DNA of 64,000 nucleotides from positions 1 through 64,000 of IMG/VR virus record IMGVR_UViG_3300017917_002401. One strand, 5' to 3'. Each line of letters starts with the position of its first letter. Position 1 is the first letter of the stretch. The translations under genes were made by a program, and so were the position numbers. The stretch is from a virus. Positions 25,748 through 33,880 of the stretch are shown here, piece after piece. Under the pieces are notes generated by a model. It made no database searches and had not been told where the DNA came from. It was given only the letters and a program-made list of their open reading frames with translations.

Positions 25748-25846
25748 TTAGGGTCGGGCAGGGTATACCGCACTGCCATGCTTTTAACGACTTAGGGTCG
25801 GACAGGGTATACCGCACTGCCATGCTTTTAACGACTTAGGGTCGGA
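25748..25846 (+). repeat. 44-bp tandem repeat (2.2 copies)
   Basis: TTAGGGTCGGRCAGGGTATACCGCACTGCCATGCTTTTAACGAC at 25748 and 25792, partial at 25836. Confidence 0.9.
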
Positions 25847-26110
25847 TTGGTAGTGGGTTATCTCCCAGGTTTCTTAAAGTCAACCACTCTAGAGCCAAGA
25901 CCATTTAACGTCTGGTACCAGGTACGACGGTTCGGATATAGGCATTGCACGCCTTGGGTTACTCATTTCCAGCGGGCCGTGGCCGCGTGCTGGGTTTTCA
26001 TCCAGACCCCAAGGTGTTGCTGGCTGAGAAGGTGGGTCTAAGTCTTCTCGAACGCCAGCACTGCGTGCCTTGGAGTTTCGTGCCATTGCAGGCTACTCAT
26101 CAGTGGATTT

Positions 26111-26185
26111 TGGTATCCGATATGGGTTACGATCCCATCTAGCCACCTTGAAAGGGTGGTGACCTCACCAGAAGTCGAATCGGAC
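26111..26185 (-). tRNA. tRNA-Glu(UUC), isolated second copy
   Basis: CCACC-CT-TTC-AA-GGTGG anticodon arm, CCA, atypical T loop. Confidence 0.8.
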
Positions 26186-26429
26186 ATTGTAGGTTGGGCG
26201 GTGACTAGAGAATTCGGTCACCATTAAGTTGTTATCTGCCTAATTGCATACTCATAACACCCATTGATTAAAGCTGTCTCTAATCAATGGAGGCTAAGGG
26301 CTGTGGCTCGGTATTCCCCACAATTAAGACGTATCACGTAGCAGTAGTATATCGCTGTGACCGCTGTCACCCTGTCTAACTAATATATAATAATTATACA
26401 GTATTTAAAGTAGTAAATCAAGAGAGAAA

Positions 26430-26563
26430 TTAGACAGGCGTTGCAATCAGACTAGCACTACAGGTGAGACGTCATTCAGTGACTGGTTTGCGTGGTAGGC
26501 TGCTGTTGCACAAGGGGCCGGCAACTCGTTTGCCATTCATTAAGGCCCTTCCCGACTGTCTAA
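26430..26563 (-). ncRNA. promoter-driven stem-closed ncRNA candidate
   Basis: TAGACAG...CTGTCTA ends, TTGATC-N17-TATAAT immediately upstream, no ORF. Confidence 0.55.
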
Positions 26564-26628
26564 GATATTATTATACACTGAATGGGGTCGAAGATCAAGT
26601 ACGAATTTCCTGACCCTCAACCGCAGCA

Positions 26629-26934
26629 TCAAAGGTTAGCTGCCAAAACCTCCAGCACTTCGTGGTTGGCCTTTTCCAGAGACTCAAACAGCTCTGGGGG
26701 GACGCCACAAGCCTGTGCCAGTTTGTCCACCAGCTCACTCTTACGCACACGGGCAACACCCTTGGCACGAGTTTTGGGGGTGTACACACCCTCACGACTC
26801 AGTTTAGCAACCACGCTTCGCACCGATTTGCCCAGCTTTTCTGCGAGCATTTCAGGGGTTGCGCCCGCCTTGTACTCGTTAACGAGTTCCAGGGTTTGGG
26901 CTTCGGTATAGTTTACAGTACGCTCAGTCATCAT
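26629..26934 (-). CDS. A2-like DNA-binding protein (paralog 2)
   Basis: NYTEAQT...GKSVRSVVAKLSREGVY...ESLEKAN. Confidence 0.8.
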   Translation of the reverse strand: MMTERTVNYTEAQTLELVNEYKAGATPEMLAEKLGKSVRSVVAKLSREGVYTPKTRAKGVARVRKSELVDKLAQACGVPPELFESLEKANHEVLEVLAANL

Positions 26935-27419
26935 ATGTCCTTTCAGTTGGTTTCTGCGCCGATTAAAGATTATATTATACACTCACAAAGGAACATCGTC
27001 AAATTCAAAAAATTCGCTGTGACTGTTGGTAGCTTGGCGAATTTCGCGGACCTCGTGGTCTACAAATTCCGCATACCACGCTTCCTGATCAAATTTGAAA
27101 AATTCACTGTCTGCCATTTGCCATTCCTTGTAATCAATATAAATATTATAGCCGAGACAACTCCACAACACAAGACCCGATTTCTGCGCGTGTGTGAACA
27201 CAAATTGAAAATACACTTGACAAACTAGGTTTCGCACTGTATAATGGGCGCGGCCACCATCAAGGTTTTGCACTTGAAGGTTTTGCACTGGCGCAGCGCG
27301 CTTGGTGGTGTGGTCTTTTGTTTTCAAATTTCAAAAAATGTGAGAATTGAATACAAAAGTAGTACGTGTTGTTTTTTAACCACAAAAGTGTAACAGTTTG
27401 TAAAATTTGCAGAAAACGC

Positions 27420-27556
27420 TTGACACGCGCGCCAATATTATGATATAATTTTGGCGCAGCCATGTAATACTTTTGTTTTCAATTTTACCTGAAAACAAAA
27501 GTATTACACCTGATTTTGGGCAAAAATAAACCCCGATTATCTCGGGGTTTTGGTTT
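27420..27556 (+). promoter_or_regulatory. repeated module: TTGACA-18-TATAAT-GGCGC + palindrome + terminator
   Basis: GTAATACTTTTGTTTTC...GAAAACAAAAGTATTAC palindrome, then AAACCCCGA..TCGGGGTTT hairpin. Confidence 0.85.
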
Positions 27557-27794
27557 AATGATATTCTGGAGTTATAACCAGCGCCGAATCGGGAATATCT
27601 ACAAAACGCTGTACAATATCAACAGGCCAGTTATAGTGATAAAAACAATCTTCGTCTAGATAATCGCCCATGCCATAAAGGGTTTTATAATATTCAGCGG
27701 CACGATCTATAATAATCGCATTAATAGAATCAATCCGCATACCATTATATTCAGGCATGAAAATGCCCAATTCAACAAAATCAAAACGAATCAT
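27555..27794 (-). CDS. hypothetical pre-early protein
   Basis: GGAG RBS, MIRFDF. Confidence 0.65.
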   Translation of the reverse strand: MIRFDFVELGIFMPEYNGMRIDSINAIIIDRAAEYYKTLYGMGDYLDEDCFYHYNWPVDIVQRFVDIPDSALVITPEYH

Positions 27795-27842
27795 ATTATC
27801 TCCAGTTAATCGGGTTGATAATGGGGCAATATGCCCCATTAT

Positions 27843-28175
27843 TTACAGTGGCTTTGAATTAGCCAGTGCATCAAAAATCGCTTTCAGTGCCGATTTATTG
27901 GCTTTTGTCAGCGATTCAATATCATTTTCGGGCAATCGCAAAATTGCGCCGATTGCATCGGCATGAGCATCTTTTTTCACAACCGGCTCACCAGTCTTGG
28001 AAACATAAGTTTTCTTTTTGTAGACGCCTTCGCGCGACAGTTTCGCAACAACCGACCGAACAGATTTACCGACAGTTTCAGCGATTTGGTCAACACCAAC
28101 ACCAGCGACATAATCGGACACCATTTTAGCCGTTTGTTCTGCGGTATAATTGACAGGTTTGCTAGTCTTTTCCAT
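27843..28175 (-). CDS. A2-like DNA-binding protein (paralog 3)
   Basis: NYTAEQT...GKSVRSVVAKLSREGVYKKK...ESLTKANK. Confidence 0.85.
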   Translation of the reverse strand: MEKTSKPVNYTAEQTAKMVSDYVAGVGVDQIAETVGKSVRSVVAKLSREGVYKKKTYVSKTGEPVVKKDAHADAIGAILRLPENDIESLTKANKSALKAIFDALANSKPL

Positions 28176-28262
28176 GGTATTACCTTTCAGGTTTTCCGCT
28201 TGCCCCATTGCTTGCGGTATGTGTCTATTATAGCGGGTTTTGGGCAAAAAAGTCAAGTGTGC

Positions 28263-28410
28263 AAAAATACAACATAGGGACAAACACCTATTGACACGAG
28301 CCAAAATTATGTGGTATAATTTTGGCGCAGCCTTGTAATACTTTTGTTTTCAATTTTAATCAGAAACAAAAGTATTACACCGGGGCAAAATAAAAAGGGC
28401 CGAAGCCCTT
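28263..28410 (+). promoter_or_regulatory. repeated promoter/palindrome module
   Basis: AAAATACAACATAGGG..AAAC.CCTA TTGACA(28291)-18-TATAAT TTTGGCGC, palindrome, GGGCCGAAGCCC hairpin. Confidence 0.85.
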
Positions 28411-28621
28411 AAAAAAAGTTAATCAATCCGATTACATTGGCAACAAAAAACGTGCCATTAAGTACACCAAGCGCACGATCCTTACGCTTAAAGGCCACAA
28501 AAAGCCAGCTTAGTGAACCCAAAGTAAACAGCACATAACCAATTTGAAACATTTTGGTTGCAACAGCAAATGAACCCAAAATGCTAGTAAAAGTGCCAAA
28601 CCAAGAAACAAAAGTAATCAT
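28409..28621 (-). CDS. small 3-TM membrane protein
   Basis: Three hydrophobic helices. Confidence 0.75.
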   Translation of the reverse strand: MITFVSWFGTFTSILGSFAVATKMFQIGYVLFTLGSLSWLFVAFKRKDRALGVLNGTFFVANVIGLINFF

Positions 28622-28998
28622 TTTCGGGGAATCTCCATTGAATGAAATTTATCAGCGGGTAAACCGTAGTTTACCATAATTTCGCACCATTTGCTACCAT
28701 GTCCACAACTTTTTTCGCTAGGCCCGAACAAATTCCAGTCAGCCTGATGAATAATTTCATGCGGAAGTATTACATCTATCATTGTGTTAAATGTTTTGTT
28801 TCCGTGTTTGAAAAATTTGTAACCCAATTCGATTACATTATCTTCTTGAAAACATTGCCCTGCACAACGCCAAAAGTAAGGATTCAGTTTTACTTTTGGC
28901 ACATCGTATGCCATTAAAGTAGGATAAATTTCAATAAGTGTATCCCAAATCATTACAGATTCGCGTTCGATCAGGGTTAACAGTTTTTTCTTGTCCAT
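28618..28998 (-). CDS. SprT-like zinc metalloprotease
   Basis: AGQC...PHEIIH...HGSKW. Confidence 0.85.
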   Translation of the reverse strand: MDKKKLLTLIERESVMIWDTLIEIYPTLMAYDVPKVKLNPYFWRCAGQCFQEDNVIELGYKFFKHGNKTFNTMIDVILPHEIIHQADWNLFGPSEKSCGHGSKWCEIMVNYGLPADKFHSMEIPRK

Positions 28999-29042
28999 AG
29001 CCTACATTATACACGCAAAACCAGACCACACACGCCAAGTGC

Positions 29043-29200
29043 AAAAATACAACATAGGGGAAAACACCTATTGACACGGGCACAATTTTAATGATAAAAT
29101 TGGCGCCCGGAATGTAATACTTTTGTTTTCAATTTTAATCCAAAACAAAAGTATTACATTGTGGTAAAATAAAACCCCGATTATCTCGGGGTTTTTTATT
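29043..29200 (+). promoter_or_regulatory. repeated promoter/palindrome module
   Basis: TTGACA(29071)-18-TAAAAT TGGCGC, palindrome, same terminator hairpin as at 27530. Confidence 0.85.
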
Positions 29201-29450
29201 TTCTTTTCGGAGCCAGTTTATAATAAATGATAACAGCCAAAAAGATAATATTAGTTGTGTAATTAAGCAACAGCGGCAAATCCATTTTGGGCATAATATA
29301 AATAAATGTAAAGATTTCGCCAAACGACCATAATAGCAAAAATCCCCAAGTTAATCCTGCCGATGATTTTGTTTTCCAAGATTCTATTGCCTGCGGTAAT
29401 CCGCATAATGCTAGCATAATAGAGCCAAGCCAACCAATATTATCCATCAT
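29196..29450 (-). CDS. PQ-loop / SemiSWEET-like membrane protein
   Basis: IGWLG...LPQ....KTKSS.GL.W...Y.......PLL.NY..N. Confidence 0.8.
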   Translation of the reverse strand: MMDNIGWLGSIMLALCGLPQAIESWKTKSSAGLTWGFLLLWSFGEIFTFIYIMPKMDLPLLLNYTTNIIFLAVIIYYKLAPKRK

Positions 29451-29579
29451 TTTAAAATCTCCGTTTCAGTTTGAATAATAAAAGGCTTTTTCTCAATTTC
29501 AGATTCTAGCCTTTTATCATTATATAAATGCAAACAGAGGGCGATTATCCAAAGCGTTTTCATATAATCGCCCCCGTTA

Positions 29580-30278
29580 TTATTTAGCGGTAAAATTATT
29601 TTTTACCTGAAAATCACGCCAGTTATAAGGGATGATTTTCTCGCGCCAATCGCGTTTTTTAAGAATATTAACCAAAATCGGCAATTCAAAATCTCGCGCA
29701 TCTTCAAGAGCCGTATGAGGTTCGTCAATAATTTGATTATTGATAAAACCCGCAACAATTTCGGCATTAGTTTGATAGGTCATATTGCCATTATCTGTAG
29801 CCTTATTGAATGCGTGATTTTCAAGGGCAAATTGACGATATTTGCGAGAATGGCAGATATTACCAACAGCCGCTTGCCAAAGGCAAAAACGATTATTAAA
29901 CCCTGAAAGGTCAATATCAGTATTTGCACATTTTGCAGTATCAAAAGCCAGATTATATGCGGTAAGTGTTGGATTATATTTGCCGATTGCTTGATTAAGC
30001 CATTTATTAATGGCATTAACAGAGGCAAGCAAACGTGTGCCATTATTCAACATATCATTATATTTTGCTTTTTTGGATTGTGCATATTCAAAAGACCAAA
30101 TACCCTTAGCATTTTTATCATAGAATAAATCCATAGAATCAAAATGATTTTTGACCAGAACAGCGCAACTATTAAAAATCTGGCCTTCACGGTCGCAGAT
30201 AATAGCGGCAAAATCAGCGACAGTATCGCCAATTGTGGTTTCAGTGTCAACGATACAGAAATATTGTTTTTTAGCCAT
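29580..30278 (-). CDS. DEDDh 3'-5' exonuclease
   Basis: DTETT, AYNLAFD, HTALEDA. Confidence 0.9.
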   Translation of the reverse strand: MAKKQYFCIVDTETTIGDTVADFAAIICDREGQIFNSCAVLVKNHFDSMDLFYDKNAKGIWSFEYAQSKKAKYNDMLNNGTRLLASVNAINKWLNQAIGKYNPTLTAYNLAFDTAKCANTDIDLSGFNNRFCLWQAAVGNICHSRKYRQFALENHAFNKATDNGNMTYQTNAEIVAGFINNQIIDEPHTALEDARDFELPILVNILKKRDWREKIIPYNWRDFQVKNNFTAK

Positions 30279-30413
30279 TTTGTTTTCAATTACCGGAAAC
30301 CGCCGGAATTCGCGGATACCGCATAACGTCTGCGGTATGAGTGTATTATAACGGGTTTTTGCCCATTGTGCCAAAATAAAGTGTAACAGTCAGACCAGAT
30401 TGTTACAAATTTT

Positions 30414-30520
30414 TTGTTGTATTTTTCGCAAAACCCCTTGACACGGCCCAAAATTATATGTTATAATTTTGGCGCAAGTTTTGCAAACAAAAGTATTCAT
30501 TTTTGTTTGCAAACCAAAGT
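30414..30520 (+). promoter_or_regulatory. repeated promoter/palindrome module (variant)
   Basis: TTGACA(30438)-18-TATAAT TTTGGCGC, TTTGCAAACAAAA..TTTTGTTTGCAAA palindrome. Confidence 0.8.
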
Positions 30521-30521
30521 G

Positions 30522-30713
30522 TTACAAGTTATTTTCTTTAATAAAATCGTCAATGGCATTTTCTAGAGTTTTACCAGAATACCAATAACCGCCTATTTTA
30601 TTAGAAAATATAGAATAATATGGGTCAAATTCATTTTCCTCCTCATCTTCATCTATATTATGATAATCAATTTTTAATTGATATTCTTTAATAATTGCAA
30701 AATAATCTCTCAT
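30522..30713 (-). CDS. hypothetical acidic protein
   Basis: Follows the HAD gene. Confidence 0.55.
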   Translation of the reverse strand: MRDYFAIIKEYQLKIDYHNIDEDEEENEFDPYYSIFSNKIGGYWYSGKTLENAIDDFIKENNL

Positions 30714-30714
30714 T

Positions 30715-31191
30715 TTAGTGGCCTTGTTTTGAGGGAACATAAACCCCACGGATATTAAACCGATCGCAAACAGCTTTCAAATATTGGACATTATCCTCAT
30801 AAAATGTAAATTCAGCATTTGCAAATGGTTTCAGATTAAAGAATTTAGTTAATCCTGCGATTTTGAGTTTACCGCCTGAAATAGTATCACCATCAATACG
30901 GGAAATAATATAATCAGGTTCACCGAGAATATTGCGGATAAATGCATTATCAGCATCCCGCAAAACGCGGGCAGTAGCAATAATAACAAAACAATTTTCA
31001 TCTTTTAAATCCGCTTTATATTGTTCGGCCAATGGCAGCAGAGAATCATCTTCTGCACGATATTCATTTTCGCGCCAATAGTTCAAGTCGATTCGTTCAC
31101 CATTATCATCAACAATTGTACGGTAACGGTGAAGGCTACAAACGATTGTACCATCCATGTCATAAATTGAAACCCGTTTGATCTTTGCCAT
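30715..31191 (-). CDS. HAD-family phosphatase (PNK-3'-phosphatase/dmp-like)
   Basis: DMDGT, ATAR, K, FYEDN. Confidence 0.8.
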   Translation of the reverse strand: MAKIKRVSIYDMDGTIVCSLHRYRTIVDDNGERIDLNYWRENEYRAEDDSLLPLAEQYKADLKDENCFVIIATARVLRDADNAFIRNILGEPDYIISRIDGDTISGGKLKIAGLTKFFNLKPFANAEFTFYEDNVQYLKAVCDRFNIRGVYVPSKQGH

Positions 31192-31262
31192 TTTGCAATC
31201 CTCTGTTTGTTGCGGTATGTCTAGATTATACCCCAGTTTTCCCCGATTGACACACATTTGCG

Positions 31263-31374
31263 AAAATACAACATAGGGATAAACCCCTATTGACACGCCC
31301 CAAAATTATATGCTATAATTTTGGCGCAAAATTGAATACCTGAGTATTCAATTTGTTTTGCAAACAAAGGTATT
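31263..31374 (+). promoter_or_regulatory. repeated promoter/palindrome module (variant)
   Basis: TTGACA(31290)-18-TATAAT TTTGGCGC, AATTGAATAC..GTATTCAATT palindrome. Confidence 0.8.
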
Positions 31375-31705
31375 ATTCTTCGTCAACGTCTGGTAAGTAA
31401 ACCTCACGCAAACCAAAATGCTTTTCCATTTTGCGCGCATATTTAATAAATTGTGGGCCGTGGGTTTCGGTTAATTTATTTTCTTCTTGCCATGCATGAA
31501 TCAACTCATGGGCAACAAGTGTATCAAAATCACGGGTATTATCTTTATAAAAGATCGTGATATTATGTTCCTTTAGTTTACCCGTTTTATCTGAATATTC
31601 AGGTTCATATTCAGCATCAGCCCATTTATTTTTACGGGTAACAATCCGCAAATTAACGGGTTTCTTCAAGCCCAAATAATGGATAAATTCATAAAGGTTT
31701 TTCAT
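31373..31705 (-). CDS. SprT-like zinc metalloprotease 2
   Basis: AHELIHAWQ...HGPQF. Confidence 0.8.
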   Translation of the reverse strand: MKNLYEFIHYLGLKKPVNLRIVTRKNKWADAEYEPEYSDKTGKLKEHNITIFYKDNTRDFDTLVAHELIHAWQEENKLTETHGPQFIKYARKMEKHFGLREVYLPDVDEE

Positions 31706-32038
31706 ATCATGCCCCAGTCATCATTTGAAAATAATCATTAAATTCTTCGTCAGTCCAAACCCATGCAGGGCACATATTCATAAGCGCATCATAATATGTG
31801 CCCGACATATTCCAAACAATATAATTGTTTTTGTTCATCGGTCTGCAAGCCTTTTCAAAACGTCGATGTTATCCCAGAGTATAGCATAAAGCATCTCTTG
31901 GCACAAGTCGTAAAATTCTTTTTTCTCGGCATCGGTGGCCACGTCCTCACGCATGAGGCAGAGCAGGAATTGGTAACGGTCTTTGTTTGTCATCATGCCT
32001 CTATTATATCACAAAACACCAGACACGCGCACGTTTGT

Positions 32039-32175
32039 AAAAATACAACATAGGGATAAACCCCTATTGACACGCGCTCCAATATTATGGTATAATATTG
32101 GCGCCTGCGCTGTAATACCTTTGTTTTCAATTTGTGTTGAAAACAAAGGTATTACAAGGGGCTTTCGCCCCTGTA
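32039..32175 (+). promoter_or_regulatory. repeated promoter/palindrome module
   Basis: TTGACA(32067)-18-TATAAT ATTGGCGC, palindrome, GGGGCTTTCGCCCC hairpin. Confidence 0.85.
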
Positions 32176-32176
32176 A

Positions 32177-32500
32177 TCAGGCTTTCTCAGCCTTGATAAA
32201 ATCGGCAATCTTTGCCAATGCCGTTTTGTTAGCTTTGGTCAGTGATTCCGTATCGGCCTCAGTCAGGCCCAGAGCAGAACCGATGTAATCGGCCCATTCG
32301 TCTTTTTTCACAACAGCCTCACCAGTTTTAGTGGTGTAGGTTTTCTTTTTGTAAACACCCTCACGCGACAGTTTAGCAACAACAGAACGAACCGATTTGC
32401 CCAGTGTTTCAGCAATAGCCTCTACAGTCACGCCAGTGGTATAGTCTCCTACCATCTTGGCAGTTTGTTCCGGGGTGTAATTCACAGTTTTAGCAGTCAT
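32177..32500 (-). CDS. A2-like DNA-binding protein (paralog 4)
   Basis: NYTPEQT...GKSVRSVVAKLSREGVYKKK...ESLTKANK, AGGAG RBS. Confidence 0.85.
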   Translation of the reverse strand: MTAKTVNYTPEQTAKMVGDYTTGVTVEAIAETLGKSVRSVVAKLSREGVYKKKTYTTKTGEAVVKKDEWADYIGSALGLTEADTESLTKANKTALAKIADFIKAEKA

Positions 32501-32533
32501 TTAAAAATCTCCTGAAAAGTCAAGGTTAAAAAA

Positions 32534-32740
32534 TCAATCAAGTTTGTTAAGACGTTCAGCCTTATCAAGTTCCATATCATACACCATTTTAACAAGATAT
32601 GCAAGCATCAAGACACAAGCGCCAATGCCTACATTCACAGGGCCAAACAGTGTAAGTAGCTTAGCGATAACAAAGCCAGATACAATGGCAGTGCCAATGA
32701 GCCAAGCAACATTAAACAGTGCAGTTTGTTTCGGGGTCAT
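32534..32740 (-). CDS. small membrane protein
   Basis: Two TM segments, AAGGA RBS. Confidence 0.7.
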   Translation of the reverse strand: MTPKQTALFNVAWLIGTAIVSGFVIAKLLTLFGPVNVGIGACVLMLAYLVKMVYDMELDKAERLNKLD

Positions 32741-32837
32741 GGTTTCATCCTTTCAAGGTTTCATCACAAAAACAAAGTATAACACAAAGGGCAAGGCAAT
32801 GCAAGCGGCAAAACCCAGTGCATCAAAAAATTCTCGC

Positions 32838-33020
32838 TTATTCATACCAAATATCTCCAACAATTTTTCCATCAACAAACACAAAATAAATTGTACAATA
32901 ACCAGAACGTGCAGAATAGTTATTGTTGCCATGATGCACAACATCGTATGCGCCCATGTCACGCTTAAGAATCGCTACCAGTGCATCAACGTGTTGCATT
33001 TGTGTTTCCTTGTTGTCCAT
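32838..33020 (-). CDS. hypothetical protein
   Basis: First ORF after the minus-strand promoter at ~33028-33056. Confidence 0.5.
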   Translation of the reverse strand: MDNKETQMQHVDALVAILKRDMGAYDVVHHGNNNYSARSGYCTIYFVFVDGKIVGDIWYE

Positions 33021-33403
33021 GTGCTCAATTATACATGGATTATGCGCTAGTGCAAGCATTTTTCTAGAATTTTTACAAATTGTTACATCTTAGCTAGTTG
33101 GTTCACAATTTACTTAGGAAACAAAAGTACACAGACCAGGGGCGGTTAGTAGACCAAAGTTTACACACATGCCTGGGGACCCACCGGCACGGAAACTATA
33201 TGGGATTTTTTCAACATTCAATAAGGTGCCAAATCTGCTCAGGCACAGCCTGACCCTAAACTGCAACAAGCTATCACAAGCCGTCGTAACCCACCCAACC
33301 ACCCCCAACCACCCCAACCACCCCCACCCCAAGCAGCCACAAAATTTTTGACTTGATCCACACATCCTAACCTGTTATAATTGCCCAAGAGGAGACCAAT
33401 TTT

Positions 33404-33880
33404 ATGAGTACCCATTTACCTGCGGAGGTTGTCAATATCTCCCCCGAGGCACTGGAAGTGTCTAACTGCTACCTACAACTACAAGACGCCCGACAAGTAG
33501 CCGATGAATTAGGCTTACCTATTGAACAAGTTACCGATATTCTTGGCCGTCGTGAGGTCAAGCGTTATATTGACCAAGTTTTCTTTGATACCGGCTACAA
33601 CAATCGTTTTTTAATGCGTCGTGCAATGGACGCACTTATTAAAAAGAAATTTAGTGAGCTTGATGAGTCGGATACTGGTTCGTCAAAAGACATTGCCGAA
33701 TTATTGGCCATGTCGCATAAAATGTCAATGGACCTCTTAGACCGTGAGATTCAGCTTGAGAAAATTCGTAGCGGTCCTGGTGGCCCACAGAAGCAAGTTA
33801 ACGTACAAATCAACGAAGGCCTAGACGGGTCGAAATACTCGCAACTTGTACAACGCCTGGTCAGTGGAGAAGGAATTTAA
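33404..33880 (+). CDS. terminase small subunit (T5-like)
   Basis: HTH-like N-terminus, TAATG-coupled to TerL, GAGGAG RBS. Confidence 0.85.
   Translation: MSTHLPAEVVNISPEALEVSNCYLQLQDARQVADELGLPIEQVTDILGRREVKRYIDQVFFDTGYNNRFLMRRAMDALIKKKFSELDESDTGSSKDIAELLAMSHKMSMDLLDREIQLEKIRSGPGGPQKQVNVQINEGLDGSKYSQLVQRLVSGEGI

Noticed and set aside
25748-25846. Mini-CRISPR
   Set aside because: The units are near-identical tandem copies with no unique spacers.
25364-25846. Plant-type telomere repeats (TTTAGGG)
   Set aside because: Only isolated heptamers inside a longer motif, not tandem arrays.
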